Notes: generated by a model not told the origin, from the letters alone. DNA of 64,000 bases from Phoronis australis (GCA_002633005.1 NMRA01000099.1:575633-639632); one strand, 5' to 3'; counted from the stretch's first letter, positions 27,601-42,600 are shown. Translations and numbers: made by a program.

Positions 27601-30600
27601 TCCGAAGATGAATGGCTAGCGTCACCTCAATAATAGATGTCTAAGTGTCAAATTTTATGGACCTTTGAAGATACAGAGGTAAACGTAAAAAACAATACTT
27701 GCCACTAGCCTGAGAGTGCACACCGGTAAACAGATCTGTCCAAAAATCGCCATCGTCTGTTGTCAACTTCATATAAATACATTTGCTAAATTTAATTAAG
27801 ATCCTGTAGAGCGTTTAGAAGATACAGCCATGGGTGCAAAAAAGAAACAAAACTGCCACTAGGAGGCGCCACAGTAGTCGAAGTAGTCAGAAAATCATCG
27901 TCGTCTTCTTCATAGTAAGAACATAATGCCAATTTTCACAATCATCCTTCGAGTGGTTTGGTTGTTAGAGGGGCCGACGCCAAAAAAAACGGCTCAAAAA
28001 TAGTAAAAATGGCCAATAGATGGCGCAAAATGCCTTAAATCCATCCGAAAACCAGAGGATAGTGTCAACTTATTAACAGATGCCTATGTGCCGAATTTCA
28101 TGAAAATCGGTTAAGGACCTTTGAAAATACAGACTGGAGGTAAAAATAAAAAACTAAAATTGCCACTTGGGGGCACAGCCTATTCGGGTCAGACCGAAAC
28201 TCGTCGCCCTCTGTCGTCAACCCCATAGGAACACACCTGTCAAATTTCTATAAGATTCTGCAAGGGGTTTAGGAGATACAACCGCAGTCAGGGTTGGTGG
28301 TTTCTACCATGTCTGATTGGTCAGATGGCAAGCAGCGACATCTGATACACTAAGTTGACTAATATTACGCCATATCGGAAGTTGCCATACAATGTTTTAG
28401 CTAATCAGGGGAAAAATAAAAGTCAGTGGTTGTGTAATAATAGCGTGTATTATCTAATTTATATCTTGCACAAAAGCTTGCGCAAAAAAGTAGTTCACAT
28501 CTCACACTTGGTCCACAGAGCACACAGTCTATGACAAGGGCTCATGAAACTAGCAAGCAAGCTGTCGTGGTGATTTTCTGTTTTAGCGAGAAAGATCATC
28601 TTGCTAGAAGATATTGATACTGTGACTACGCATGGGCCAGGCTAATGGTCTACTTCTCTAACTTTTGAAACTTCTACGCATGGGCCAGGCTAATGGTCTA
28701 CTTCTCTAACTTTTGAAACTTCTACGCATGGGCCGGGCTAATGGTCTACTTCTCTAACTTTTGAAACTTCAGTAACAAAGTGGGTTTTTCTGATAAATTA
28801 CTTTTTATTTACAGCACTTTTATCAACAGTATTTAATTATGTTAGTTTTTATTTACGAAATCAAGTATGGCTGATAAACTATGTTGGGTCTCGGTTAATA
28901 CAGAAGTGTTGTCATATATCGCCTAATCACCAATCACCTGTTTTTTAATGTTCTTTCATTGGTCAATGTGATGTTTCTTATATATTAGAGAACACATAAA
29001 CTGTTCTCTCTTGACATAAACATCCCGCAACAGCATTTACAAGTTCCCACATCCTGGATTTAACTTTGCTCTTTTGCAGAGGTGCAAAACATAGCACGAC
29101 AGTCCTAGTTTACAAACAGCAAGGCTCCTAACACACTTCACAACCTTTCATTGCTCCCCACTCAGTTTGTTAAATATTACCCTGTGCAACTGACAGTAAA
29201 ACTTTATTGGCATTAGAATGACAAATAAAAATGAATTGATGTAAATAATTAAAATAGTTTTATAACTGCAGCAATGCACAACTTAGGAGCAAGTGCTCTA
29301 CTGCCACATAGCATTATGGGTAAATATCAAAGAAGGTGCGGCGTATGCCAGGAAGTGGCTATTGGTGATTCCATTAATGTGTCATAGTGCAACACGATTA
29401 GAGGGGTAAAATCAATAGAATTCCATTTCATTGACGGTTGCACAATTACTAAAGAGAATTGTATTTAATTAAACATGTCTTGAGCAATGTCAAATAGACT
29501 GGCAATTAGTTAATTATTTCTGACACTAAACAATACCTTAGATAATGAGTGACTTACTCTTCAATAGCACTTTTAAACTTTGGAAAGTACTCTTCATCAA
29601 GCTGGAAAATCAAAATACATGAATGTACTTACTGCAGAAAGCACTGACAATGCAAAGACTCTATACACACAAACCTTTTAAACCAACCTAATTAGCATTT
29701 AAAATTACAATTTTCTGTTATTTATACTTGCACTTAATTTTCGTGCTTTTGAGAACCAAAATTCTAGGTTATTTAGAATAAATGTTGATGAGCTGTCAGA
29801 CAAGTAAGACACCTATTGCCAAGTACAGTCACAGACTTCTTCGATTTGGGAAACAATATGGCATGATGTTATTTCGTAAACTTTTGTAAGATAAATAATT
29901 TTAGGAAAAATTACCGTCAGTTGTTGACAACATTTGGTAACATTTATTTAGAGCTTTCTCCCACTCCATGCTTTACCAGACTATGCCGGTTCAGAACATC
30001 TCATATCTGGCTCCTTTGTTAACTGCTGAGTGCAGTCTTTTGTCTGGTATGACAACATGCAGACCAATTATATACCATGCTTCAAAGAGTTACTGAAATC
30101 AAGCAGAACTACTTTCGGAATAGAATGTCTTAACTTCAGCTACAGCTAGGTGATTTGAGTGATTCAAAAACTAAACACCATCAGCATTTGATGAGGCACG
30201 ACAGCGTTTTCCCGTTCAGTGACTTTACCAGACGAAAGGGGTTCTGAGCGTGTGATAACATCTAACTTCTTTGTTAACTGTCAACCAGAGTCTTTTGTCT
30301 GTTATGACAACAGGCATGCCAATTATCTACCAGGCTTATTACAGACCATGTGTTAACACCATCAAACCCAGAGTGAATTGGTAGGTTCGGAAAGAATAGA
30401 TTATCGTAACTTCGGTTGCATGATCACCATTCATGAGGATTTCAGAAATGCTATTGGTTTATGTTCAAATGTGCTGTAACTTAACATTTATTTTCAACAG
30501 CACAGCCTAGTCAGGCTAGATAAGATCTTATGGGAGATTAGAGCAATTATCGAACAAAAGAGAGCTGGCCCTCCAACCATGAATGCCACAATGGAGTTAA

Positions 30601-33600
30601 TCAGTCTTGTACGAAATTGGCTACAGGGGTGAACTTCCCAACTTGTTGTTGGGCTATAGAATCAAACAACATGGGACCAATGGGAAAACGCCGTAATTAA
30701 TTCAGAATTGTTATTGGTTTATGTTCAAACAGTTTATAACTTAACTTTTATTTTTAACGGCACAGGCCAGTTAGGCTAAATATGATATTATCGGAGATTA
30801 GGGCAATTGACCAATCACAAGCTCCGTCCACTTGCGAAATGTCGACAAACAAACAATGTTTTACCAAGCAACGTGGCGGCTTGGAAACAAAGGTGTGCCA
30901 AGAATGCTGTGTTCTGATTGGTTATTTAAGCCATCACTCAAAATCCAGGCGATATGTCAATTATTGAGCAAAAGAGAGCTGGTCCTCCAACCATAATACC
31001 ACAATGAAGTCCTGTAAGATACTGGCTAAGCAGGTCAGCCAGCCAATTGTTTGTTTGCTATCCAATCGAACAAGCTGGGGTCAACGGGCAAATGCCCTAA
31101 TGAAATTTTGAACATTAAGCAATGTAGCAAGATTAACTGAAGAATGGGAAAATGTCCCAAATTGATCATCAAGTTTGCCTTCCGTCAGCGCGTTAAGTGG
31201 GTTACATGTGCCACTAAACTAATAATTTAGCCATGCCCAATTCAGCTGTTCAGTCAAAGTAAACCAGTACTTACTACAGGCCCAATGATGCACAGAAATG
31301 TGTTTGGTGACTCCTCCCCATAGAGGGAGCAATAGTCTGAAAACAAAATGTGTCATCAAGTCAGTGTATTCTTTCACCTTAACACCATAAAAACTTGATT
31401 CATTTGAAGAAGTACCAATCTGAAGGCAAGCATCTTCGACAGCAGGGTTAAACACGCTTGCATTATTTAAGTACAGTAATGTGTTGAAGCAAATTAAGCA
31501 GATGGATTTACAACTAGTATTGAGGGATTGACCTTTATACCATACATGCCATTCTTCTGGAGTGAAAAATCAAGAAATTTACACTATCAGGATCTAAACT
31601 TGTCAAGCAAGCCCTTTGTGTTGGTACACAATACTGTGGTTATGCTGGTCAGACCTTACAGTCACACAAAGGAATCAACAGGTGAAAGTTAAGTCTAATT
31701 TCTCAGAAAGACAACGGTTTTTCTCAATTTCGAAATTTTTTGGTGATAATATTTCGTTCAAAACACATCTACTTCACGACATTTGTTGAAAGTCGTTTGC
31801 AAATAGTATTTTAAATATCAATTAGCATCAGGCGCACTGTTTACAACATAACTGCTGGATTAACGGTGAGCTTACATGTCGTGAACACATCCACTAAAAC
31901 AAGAAACTGTAGGAACACCGCATTTATCCACCTTCACTCTTATCAGGCTTCTATTGTGAGTCAGCATGCGTGAATAATTGGCTGATAAGCCACCTCTGGA
32001 ACTACTTTTGGCTGAATGGATGACCAGGCCATAAAATGATAATATTAGCCAAGACCAGTTACTAATGCAACAAAGAATAGTGTCGTAGTATCANTAATAT
32101 TTCGTTCAAAACACATCTACTTCACGACATTTGTTGAAAGTCGTTTGCAAATAGTATTTTAAATATCAATTAACATCAGGCGCACTGTTTACAACATAAC
32201 TGCTGGATTAACGGTGAGCTTATCAGATGAAAGCAGACAATACGAGGGTTGGACTATGTAAATGTTTGTTTGCCAGTCACACTGGTGATGACAGCACTGT
32301 ATCCCGACTGGCCAATCAGTCCGTAGGGATATTCACTCCGCAGCACAGGTGCGTAACTATGCACAAATGGTTAAATCATACTATATTTAGAGCACAATCT
32401 GATGGACAAATTATTTTCTCATATTTCCATAGACGACACAGGTATGCAGTGTAAATTACAATTTCAAGTTCTGTGCAATACCTAGTGTGACTGTTGGCAT
32501 ACAAAATAGTGAAAAATAAAAAAGAGCAACTTGGGCAATTATTTTAGTCTTTGATGAGAATTTACCACGACAACACATGTTTTGGCTGCCATTTAAGTTT
32601 GGAATGTGGAGCACGGTAAAAAGTCTCCAATTTGGAACAGTTTCTAGAATTTGGGACGCGGAAACTCCTTCAAAAATGGAATTTTCTTGATTCTGAAACT
32701 TGGGACAAGGGTTATTTTGGTGTTCATTATTTCTCAAATTTTGGGCAACGTGTTTTCAATCTACAGTGTGTAATTTTGCCATCTTTCCAGTGATTTTTGA
32801 ATTTGGGACGGCCAATATTGTCTATTTCAAGAATTTGCAACAAGTTTCAACTTTGAGCAAAATAATTAATTTTTCACTTATCCCAAATTGGAGAATTTTT
32901 ACCGTAGTATCAGTTAGGGCTAGATCAATACCTGAAAATGCTTGCACGACAAACAGTGGGTCTTTGACAGGTCGTATTCCCCCGATCCAGCCAAAGATGA
33001 GAGCACACTGAGGCATACTTGAACCATTCTGTTGACAATATTTCCGCAAGCAGAAGTTGGATGGATTTGTCTTTACACCTAAAACATAATGAATTCTTCT
33101 ATAAGAAGCATGAACTCAGATACATCTAAAACATGATGTACTTGGTTGATTGAAGCAATATCCACTTTGAACATTTAACATTTTTAAGAAAATACATCAA
33201 CCAACTTGTAGAACAAGAATACCCTTTGAGATCGTAGACCTTTATCACAGATATCACAGTAACCCCCATAGTTCTATAAGCCCCAACTGCGTGTGTACGT
33301 GACCAGATATGAGAAATAATCAGCTGCATCTCCACTGCTTTGAAAACAGTGGTACACCTGGGATCATCTAATAGCCCACTTGCAGGTTAACCTCCATCAA
33401 GGAACTCCAAAGATACAGACACAAACGTAAAAAACTAGAATTGCCACTAGGAGCACAGCAGAAGTCGGATTGTTCCGAAACTCCTCGTCATCTGTCGTCA
33501 GCTGCAAAGAAACACACCTGCCAAATTTCGATAAGATCCAGCTAAGGGTTTAGGAGACACAGCTGCAGAGATGCACCCACATATAAATACATGGGTGCAT

Positions 33601-36600
33601 AAAAATAAGTCTTTTTGTCTGTCAAGATATGGTAGTCTGCTCAACATAGACCTATGTGTACATTGCATGGCAATATTTGACAATGGTCTCGCCAGGTGTC
33701 CATCGGGAAGAAAGAGCACGTGGTTTTTATGCTCATGAAAATGGCAATAATTGTGAACGTTCCATTGGGAATTTTTTTATCACATTTCTTTTGGCAAAAA
33801 TAATCCTAACATACCTGTATACGAAGAATTCAATTTCAGAAGCCAAAGAGACTGAAAAATCATTAATTTCAGTCCACGATATATCAATTTATTTCAGTCA
33901 GTCTTGCCATGTTGCCATCACAACAGGATATTTGCACATTCCGTGATAAACAGGCCTTTTGATGACAGTGGGAATTGTACAACTCTAATGACAAAGTAAC
34001 CCGTGTCATGAAACAGGCCAAACATCTAATGTCATTTCAAAGAAAAAGGCAAGGAACGATATAACGTTGAGAAGAAAAAAAAATTACCGTGGCATATCCT
34101 TGAAATTTTCCCCTTAACTTGAGGCTGGAAAAAACATACACTGAGGTCTAATAGGAAGTAACAGGCTTCAAGAATGAAAAGGTGAAGTCATCTCACTTGG
34201 ACTAATTTCAAAAATGGGACATTATCGGTTTAATGTTCAAAAACGCATTGTTGTTGGATGTGATAAACTTCTGGACTTTGACAAGAGCTATGAAACAACA
34301 AAATCAGTTCTGTTTTTTTTGTGATGTTCTCACAAACCATCAATTCTGTCTGTTGCCTACCAGACATTCGCTGAAATAAAGGCCGGTGACATTATCAGTT
34401 AAATACGCTGAAAATTGCCACTTATGCGACCGCAGGGGTTGAAGGTTCAATTCGGTACTGAGGCTAAGCTCAGTAAATCACTTTTCTCACCGATAATACC
34501 CCTTTAACACTAAAGGAAAGTGACAAGAAAAACTGCAAGAGTTACCACGTACCAACTTGGACCGGATCAAGAGGAGCTCAAGAAAAACATTACTTCTCAC
34601 ACATGCTGGCTTTGGTTGACCGATGTGTCACCTAAAACTTTTTGAAGAATTTTGCAGTGTTCTGCCTTCACTGCATGGTGTTATGAAACAAACCTTGTTT
34701 ATAAAAGAATCAAGTGTTCTATTTACAACTCTTTCACAAAAATTTGCATTGCCAACTGTAGAAATGTGTAGCCTTGTTCTAGTCTCCAATGCACAATCAG
34801 CTTCTTGCAAGTCAAAATTACTGACTGTGTGGACTTCCTTATTTGGAAAGTCATGTGAGTTGGCTAGCCTAATAGGTGTTGCATCAGTGCTGCACTTTTA
34901 TCAAGAAGTAACACCAGCGCAGTATACGTGGACACTGAAATTATAAATGCGTAGCCGTTAACCAGTGGATGTCATCATGGAATTAAAAGGAAAAGACAAC
35001 TATTGTGATGAGGGGACCAATCTGTGCCTTTCTTGGGAGGGTCAGCCCTGGTTGCTAAATTAATACATTGGAGCCATCTAGTCTCAGCTAGAAACGTTCT
35101 GTTTAATTATGCCACTTAAAATCCACTACAGCCAATCCCCTTTTAAACGTTGTTTATGCATGCCCCTTGACCCCATGTCATATGCACATTAGTTTCTTGG
35201 CAACTGCTGTAGTTATTTGCCGTATTATTTTTTAAGACAAATGCGTTCACGCAATTACAACGCGTACGGGCAAATGTATGATGTTGAGTGTGATGTGTAT
35301 GGCACTTGATTCTACATTTTCACTGTGCGGACTTCCAGCTATTACAAAACATACTACAAACAACTCTTTAGCACAGTGAAAGCCCTAAAGTGTCTTTCGC
35401 TTGACCCAATTTTTTTCTGATTTGAAAGACTGGTCAAGTTGACAGGGACAAAAGCAATGTCTTTCATTCAAGGACATTTTGAGACGGTAGCCACAAAGAA
35501 TTTGTAAGAAATGATGGAAAATGTCCCGCTGCATCCCAACACAAGAATGCGGAACACTGTCCAGCGACTATCCTATCGCTACCTAGTGACAAAGCATATT
35601 TGATCACGTTTCCGCTACATCGGAACACGGTTATTGACCAAGAGAATTATCTAAACAAGAACTCATGATGAATTTAATAATTAAAATTGCAATGTATAGT
35701 TAAGTATAATTTCACATACCCAGGTATTGCTAGCTTGATCAATTCCAGCTTGGGTCAAAGTGAGCGCATAGCTGTAATCACAAGATATTACATTTAATTT
35801 CTTCATAATTGTATTTGCCTCAACTACAAAAATCGAATACAGTACATGACAGAAGCTCCTGAAGAATTGACCTATCGCAAGCTCCGCCCTTTGCACAATG
35901 TCGACAAACAAACAATAAGTTTTACTTGGCAACGTGTTGTTTGTCGGGTAAAATGGTAACTTGGAGACAAATGTGTGTCAAGAATGCTGCGCTCTGATTG
36001 GTCAGTTAGACCGTCACTCAAAATCCTGGCGAAAAGTCAATTGTTGTGTTCATTGTATCTGTAATCACATTTAAAATCACAGTTTTTTCAAACACAATGC
36101 TGACCTGGGTGTTCTCAGTATTCGAGATCAATTCATGCCAAAGCCAGTCAATTACTAAGATCAAATTAATCATCATAGATTTAGAGAGCTAATGACGGTT
36201 CACTAACTTATTAATAATTTTATTGCGTTTTGTGTCTTATGATTATGTATTTAAAGCAGTTGTTCAAAAAACACCATCAGTTTCAGAAAATATCATGAAA
36301 ACAACTGTTCTTGTAAAAAAACTCTTAAGAAATCACGGAGTAAAAAAGTTTACAATCTCAAAAATACATTTTCCTTAAAACTGTTGATCTTGTGAAAGTC
36401 TAGTATGATTCTGAAACATAAGAGAGCAACTAGTCGTTGGAAAAACCTGAACTCTACAAAAATGCTGTCACAAGAAAGAGGTATGTAAATAACATTTTCA
36501 GCACCCTCTTTCTTACAACATTCAGTGTCACAAATTAAATATAACCCCGTTCTACTAATCAAAGGGTTTATCATAGGGAATTTCATGAATAACTACACTG

Positions 36601-39600
36601 CTGTCTAATGTACCTTGCTTTGCTAATGGCTGCGGCCATGATTGCCTGGTCAGCTGAGTTAGTATACCATCCATTGACGTCAGTTCCACTCAAGACGATT
36701 CCAAATGGTAAGTGACAATCTGCAACGACAGAGGAAAACGTCATATAAGAAAAACATCTAAAGTAAAGGATCCATCTGAAGACGGATTTACTACCAACAG
36801 GCAATACATGCAATTTCAGTTTAAGTTGTTGTAGACATACAGTTTACTTACATCATAGCAGTATAACCTTCCTGCGCAAAATGTATACAATGGTTATTGA
36901 AAACTTACACGTCGCCCCAGGGATCAAAACTTCACTCAATTAACATTCAAGCATCGTTTTGTGGTAACCCTAAGTGATCAGCAAGAGGATTTTTTCAGAA
37001 ACAACAATGTACAGAATTACTAATCAAACCACCAAAAGTTCTAACTGGTGTTGGTCAGAAGATGTCAGATATTTCCATTCTAATCCGTTAATCCAGCTGC
37101 AAGTAATGCAATAAGGTGACCAAGGTTGTCTGACTGGCCGGTTCAGTTTTGAACAGCTCTAATGCAGACATTCTTGATAATCAAGAGCATTTTGATGTTC
37201 CCTGTTGTAACCCTCAACTCCCACAAAATGTTCACGAAATTCCCACAACCAAAATTCTGCTCCCAAAATTTGTCACCTTAACTTCTATTGACCAATATAG
37301 TGTGTTCCATGATCTCGTGGTAGCATAATATTGCACAACTGGCAAAAAGTCAAGTTCAAGTTGAACTTGAATAGGGGATTCTTGTGAATCTGAATCGCTG
37401 ATGTGAACAGAACCACTAAGAATAACAAAAATGCGTTCAATGAAGACTTAAGATGAGCCACGCCACCATTTTACAAGCAACACCACCTGCAGCTACTTGA
37501 TAAAGGCATCAGATGGATACAGCTGATGCAGTTCAAATTAGTGTAACATAATATATTAGAACTAGCACAATTTATGTTAATATGTGTGATGCAAAAGTTG
37601 TGGAACTACCTCAAAATATAGGTATCATTATAACCATTCATTTTCTTACATCTCTTGGCCGTACGCTTTATTGTTGTGAGAATGACTGTCAAAGATATAG
37701 AGAGCTCGAGCAAACAGTGAAAGTTATTAAACGTGAACAGTGCAGGGTGTTCAACAAATTTTGTCTACACGAGCTGTGACATCATGTACACATGTCTTCA
37801 AGAACATTACACCAACTGAAATTTACCACGTCAGCAAGCCACCTTATATTTTGACAACTTCACAGGGAATCCAGATGCAAGCCCTATGATTGTTAAGTTT
37901 GAAAACTGGGCTACAAAAGAGAGGGAAATTATACATTCATATTGTGTTCATAATCATGCATGAGGTGCTCTTTGAACCTCTTTCCTTGGATGTTAAAACA
38001 GAATTGATGGACTGAACGCACTTATTTTTCCTAGCTTGCAACATGTCACAATTTTAAAATCACCTATTAAAAAATTGCAAGCGGTCTGGTACACCTTGTA
38101 CCACACGCGCGCAAGCCACTCGGGTGGGCCCATTGCAGTGATCACATGGAACCATTTTAGGCTTTACTAATACACAGTAAAAACTGAGCCGAGGAGCTTC
38201 TCAGTAGCAGACCCCACTCAAGGGTCTAGCAATGTGCCCAAGTGGGACTCAAACCCGTGACCTTGGGTACAGGAAGCAGATACTAAGCCACACTCGCCTC
38301 CTCCGTCGAAAATACCTATTGAATGAACATACCTTTTAAAATTCGGCCAGAGTGAAGTGCATGGATACCAATCGCCATTACGACATTGTTGTCGGTGATA
38401 AGCTCCTTAAATAACTGTACAGTCAACTTGGCAGGATCTTGCACAAGACATTCATAACCGCAACTGACCACTGCATTCCTGGGGAAAATGTGTATGAAAT
38501 CAATGGCTACAGTATATTCCCTTTCATTTCGAAGCTGTATAGCAATCTGCACAAAATAAATAAGCTCAAATGCAAAGAGTTAAGTTGAATCACTGAATTT
38601 TTTAGTAGATTTTCCTTTTGGAAAAGCTGTCACAATCTTCCAAACGTTAAGATAATGCTTTACTTTACTGAAACCAAAAATAAAGAAAAAGCACATACAT
38701 ATGTCATGAGCAACCCATTTTGAGATCCATGAAAGGTCAAACCTTGTTATGTACGTGGTAGAGTAATGCAACTAAATGACATAGTGAACAAGGTATAGGG
38801 TCATTTGAATGACAGAATTGAGTTACAAAAACTTCCAGGCAGTCAGGTATTCCATATTTTGGTGCACGTTTGGAGAGGACCACAGGTAGACTAAATAGTG
38901 TCGAGTTCACCAATACTCTTACTCATCAGATTCCTAGCTGCATTTTGACTCAAGTCATCAGCTGACCCTATGATTAGAAGACAAAAACTTTGAGAACATG
39001 CCGCAGTACCAGTTTAGTGGTCATGACATCAGGCCACTTACAATGTCATATGTGCAGCTATGTTACTTTTGTACCCTAGTTTCCAGGTTAATGCTCAGGA
39101 TGCATGTGGAGAACTTCGGGCTTATACTGGTCACTGCTCTGATTCCCATAACCCCAGACAATTTTTATGATGCCTATTCAGCTCGACCTTTGTATTGATG
39201 TAGATCCAAGGTACCTAAACTACACGGTCAACAGAATCATAAACACGGGCACGGACGCATGAACACAACTCACGGACCTGCAAACACCGTCCACTGACTC
39301 ACAAACACGGTAACGGACTCACAAAACACGATACAAGGGACACGGACTCATATTCACGAGGAAACACAGTTAACGGACCACCAAACACGGGTCACAGACT
39401 CATCGGCTTCCTGGGTCAACTGACATCTTCATTTTGTCCGTAAACTGTGTTTGGCGGTCTGTTAACCGTGTTTCCTCGTGAATATGAGTCCATGTCCCAT
39501 GTATTTGGGTGCGTGGATCGTGTTTTGTGAGTCCATTCCCGTGTTTGTGAGTCAGTGGACGGTGTTTGCAGGTCCGTGAGTCGTGTTCATGAGTCCGTTG

Positions 39601-42600
39601 AACGTGTAGTTTAGGTACTGTGAGATCTGAGCTAATGAAGTGGAAAGGTAATAGTTTACACTACTGTCTCAACAACCATGATTGTTATTACATACAAATT
39701 AGTTTTCTCTGGCATTTGGACAGAGTTACTGGTACAGCCAGCAACTGTGGAGAGTAGTTTTAACTTAGTACATTTTAAATATTACAAATAATGACTAAGA
39801 AGTTAATTTTTGTGTTAAACCTGACCAAGGACTACTTCCCAAAGGAATATTGGTTTTAAATATGTTTCATACTGGTTTTTGTCATTTTTAATACTCCTAC
39901 TTCTTTTATTTTCTAACCGGAACGGGTTGATATCTTCTTATATTTTATTTTCAAACTTGAAGTACCAAAACAGTGTTCGATTTTCAACGAAAATTAGTTT
40001 AGTTAATTGTGAACCCATCCCTGAACTTTCCAGATTAGAGCTATGCTAAACATTTCACAGAAACGAAACTACACATGCCATTGGTTCAAGTTTAGTCTTT
40101 ATTAGAACTCAAGTCATAAAATATGCCAGTATACTAAAGTCCAAATATGGTAATAGCCAAACTGAAGATTTGGAATCTCTGGACAATTTTAGTTGTACTG
40201 ACTACATAACTACTCTAGCTTTTTGCCAGTCATAAAAAATGAAGAGCAGGCACAAGCTAAATACAACTGTGTCCTAGTAAAAATCTGGTAAAACAAGATT
40301 GAAAGAATACTAAAAGAATAACGCATGTGATATTGTTAACTCTGGTGAGCTTGTGCAAATCTACCGAGTATATCAATACGTACTGTCGTTTATCTTCAGT
40401 CATAATCAATGTTTGTCGTTTTTAGCTTAATTAGTTCATGAATTTTTAAAAATCGAAAACCTTACTTGGTTGTTTTTTCCAGTTGAATACCGCCGTGGTG
40501 TTTGTTTTTAACAAATATTATTTGTTAACGGATTTTGAAAATTCGCCATTATGTACAGGCAAAGATGTTTACTATAGTTTATGGTCAGCTAATTACACTT
40601 AATTAGGTCTTGCTCACACCGGACAATGCGGTCATCAAAACTATATCCAACTCTGGCACGGCGCTCTCTTTGATCCTGGTAAAAGAAGCTCAGCAGGACG
40701 AGTAGTAAAAATTTCCACGTCTTTAGAAATGCGTGACACTTCCTTGTAAGCGTATTATTCACTGTATGCGGTTATTCCGAGATAGGGGCAATTTATATGA
40801 AAATTTCAAAAATGTGACGGACGTTGAATCAAAGAAGGATGCTTAATTATGGTATGGCTACAGCCAGCAGTTCTTAGTGTGTCATTTCAGGTACTTCACT
40901 TAAAGTCACATAGGACCTTATCTACAGATCTATGCATTCAGACAGATATTTACAAAACTATAAAATTTAACTTTGTAGTACTAGTAAAAGTTTATATCTC
41001 ATGACAGCGTTCTCCCGTTCAGTGACTTTACCCGACGTAAAGGGTTGTGAGCCTGTGATGACATCTAGCTCCTTTGTTAACTGCCAAGCACAGTCTTTTG
41101 TCTGGTATGACAACAGGCATGCCAATTATCTACCACTATTACAAACCACAGTCAAACCCAGAGCAAATTGGTATGTTAGGAAAGCATAGATTGTCGTAAC
41201 ATCGGTTACGGATTCTGCGATTTTGGCGATTTAAAAATTAAACATGATCAGCATTTGATGAGGAATTCAGAAATTCTATTGGTTTATGTTCAAATATGTT
41301 TTAACTTAAGTTATATGTTTCACAGCACAGGCTAGATACGATCTTATTGGAGATTAGAGCAATTATCGAACAAAAGAGAGCTAGCCCTCCAACCATAAGT
41401 GTAAGATATTGGCTGCAGGGTCATCTTCCCAAGTTGTTGGGCTATAGTATCAAACAAGTTGGGATCAATGGGAAAATGTAATGTTATGATATTAGTAAGC
41501 CCATAGAATTTGATTTTTAACTACAATCCGATCTGCCATTGACTGGGTCGGCACATGACAATGTCTTTTTAGTAAAATTTAGGGAAAAAAGGCAAGTACA
41601 AGAAAACGGCATTAATATCATGACCAAGCAGGGCTATCTGACAAACTTTCCTCGTGGTGTCAATGCTGTACTAGTGGTGATTGAATTGTGCATGCGTCGC
41701 TGTCTGCATGTAAACAGCTGGTAAAAAGATGGAATTGTTATCAAAATACGTTGGCGCGATAAGCCGTTTTCCCTGGGTGCAAATCTTCCAAAGGTGGTCA
41801 CAAATTCTCAAAATACCCAAGGTTACTGCAGCCATAGAGAATTGCAATCAAAAGGGTCAACCAAGTGACAAAAAGTGTTTGGATGCCAAAGCTTCACGCC
41901 CCGTGCGAGGTGTATGTATTTCCATGGAGAGACTACATAATCATGTTACTTGGTAAGTTTTTAGTAATTAGTTTCTATCAACATCGTTCAGTCATGTTAT
42001 CCCCACCAGTTACCTCACTGAATAACAAGTTTATTCACTGGAACTAAGTGTTTCTTTTCAGAAACTCACCTGGGACCCAGATGGTAGGCTAGCAGCACAT
42101 ATTCACATATCATCCTGGGTAGGAGTGCTCCCAATATAAGAGGTGTATGGGACGTGCTTCTCAGAAGTCTTTTTCACAGCAGCTACTCTTCAAAACTATG
42201 CTATGTCCAATAAAATTATCTAGATGAGTGAGTGTCCTCATTTTATAGCAGACCCCACCCCCCAGGACTACCAGATTAGTTACAGAATTAACATGAATGC
42301 GCTATTCAGTTAATTCGTAATACTGCATTGGAATAACTATTGACACCTAGAATGAATTTCACTTCTTGAGATCAGAAACACATTTTAGGCGCCATGAAAA
42401 ATACACATTCTTAAATCACTTTTAGCCCGTGTCACATATTTCAATTCAGATCTTAAATAAGGCTTGGGTACAAAGATTATTAGTTTATACAAATAAACAT
42501 GAAGACAAAATGTCAAGTATGTTCTGCCTTACAAAAGTAGTTTTATCTTGTGTTATCTTTTATAACTTGCTAAATATTTCTCTGACAATTCTGTTACGGG

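Noticed and set aside
28626-28769. CRISPR-like repeat array
   Set aside because: Units are contiguous with no unique spacers, there are no cas genes, and the context is a eukaryotic intron
38240-38300. tRNA gene
   Set aside because: Only a B-box-like arm is present; no acceptor stem or cloverleaf, so treated as a SINE remnant
38923-38967. Exon-like 45-nt segment (CATAG|...|GTAAGA) in GLT1D1 intron 1
   Set aside because: In the phase required by exons 1 and 2 it reads GTC AGC TGA (stop); at most a poison exon, with no support
40466-40548. Alternative first exon for GLT1D1 (ATGGCG...CAA|GTAAG)
   Set aside because: The ATG frame stops after 13 codons and there is no similarity to GLT1D1; the 46408 exon fits much better
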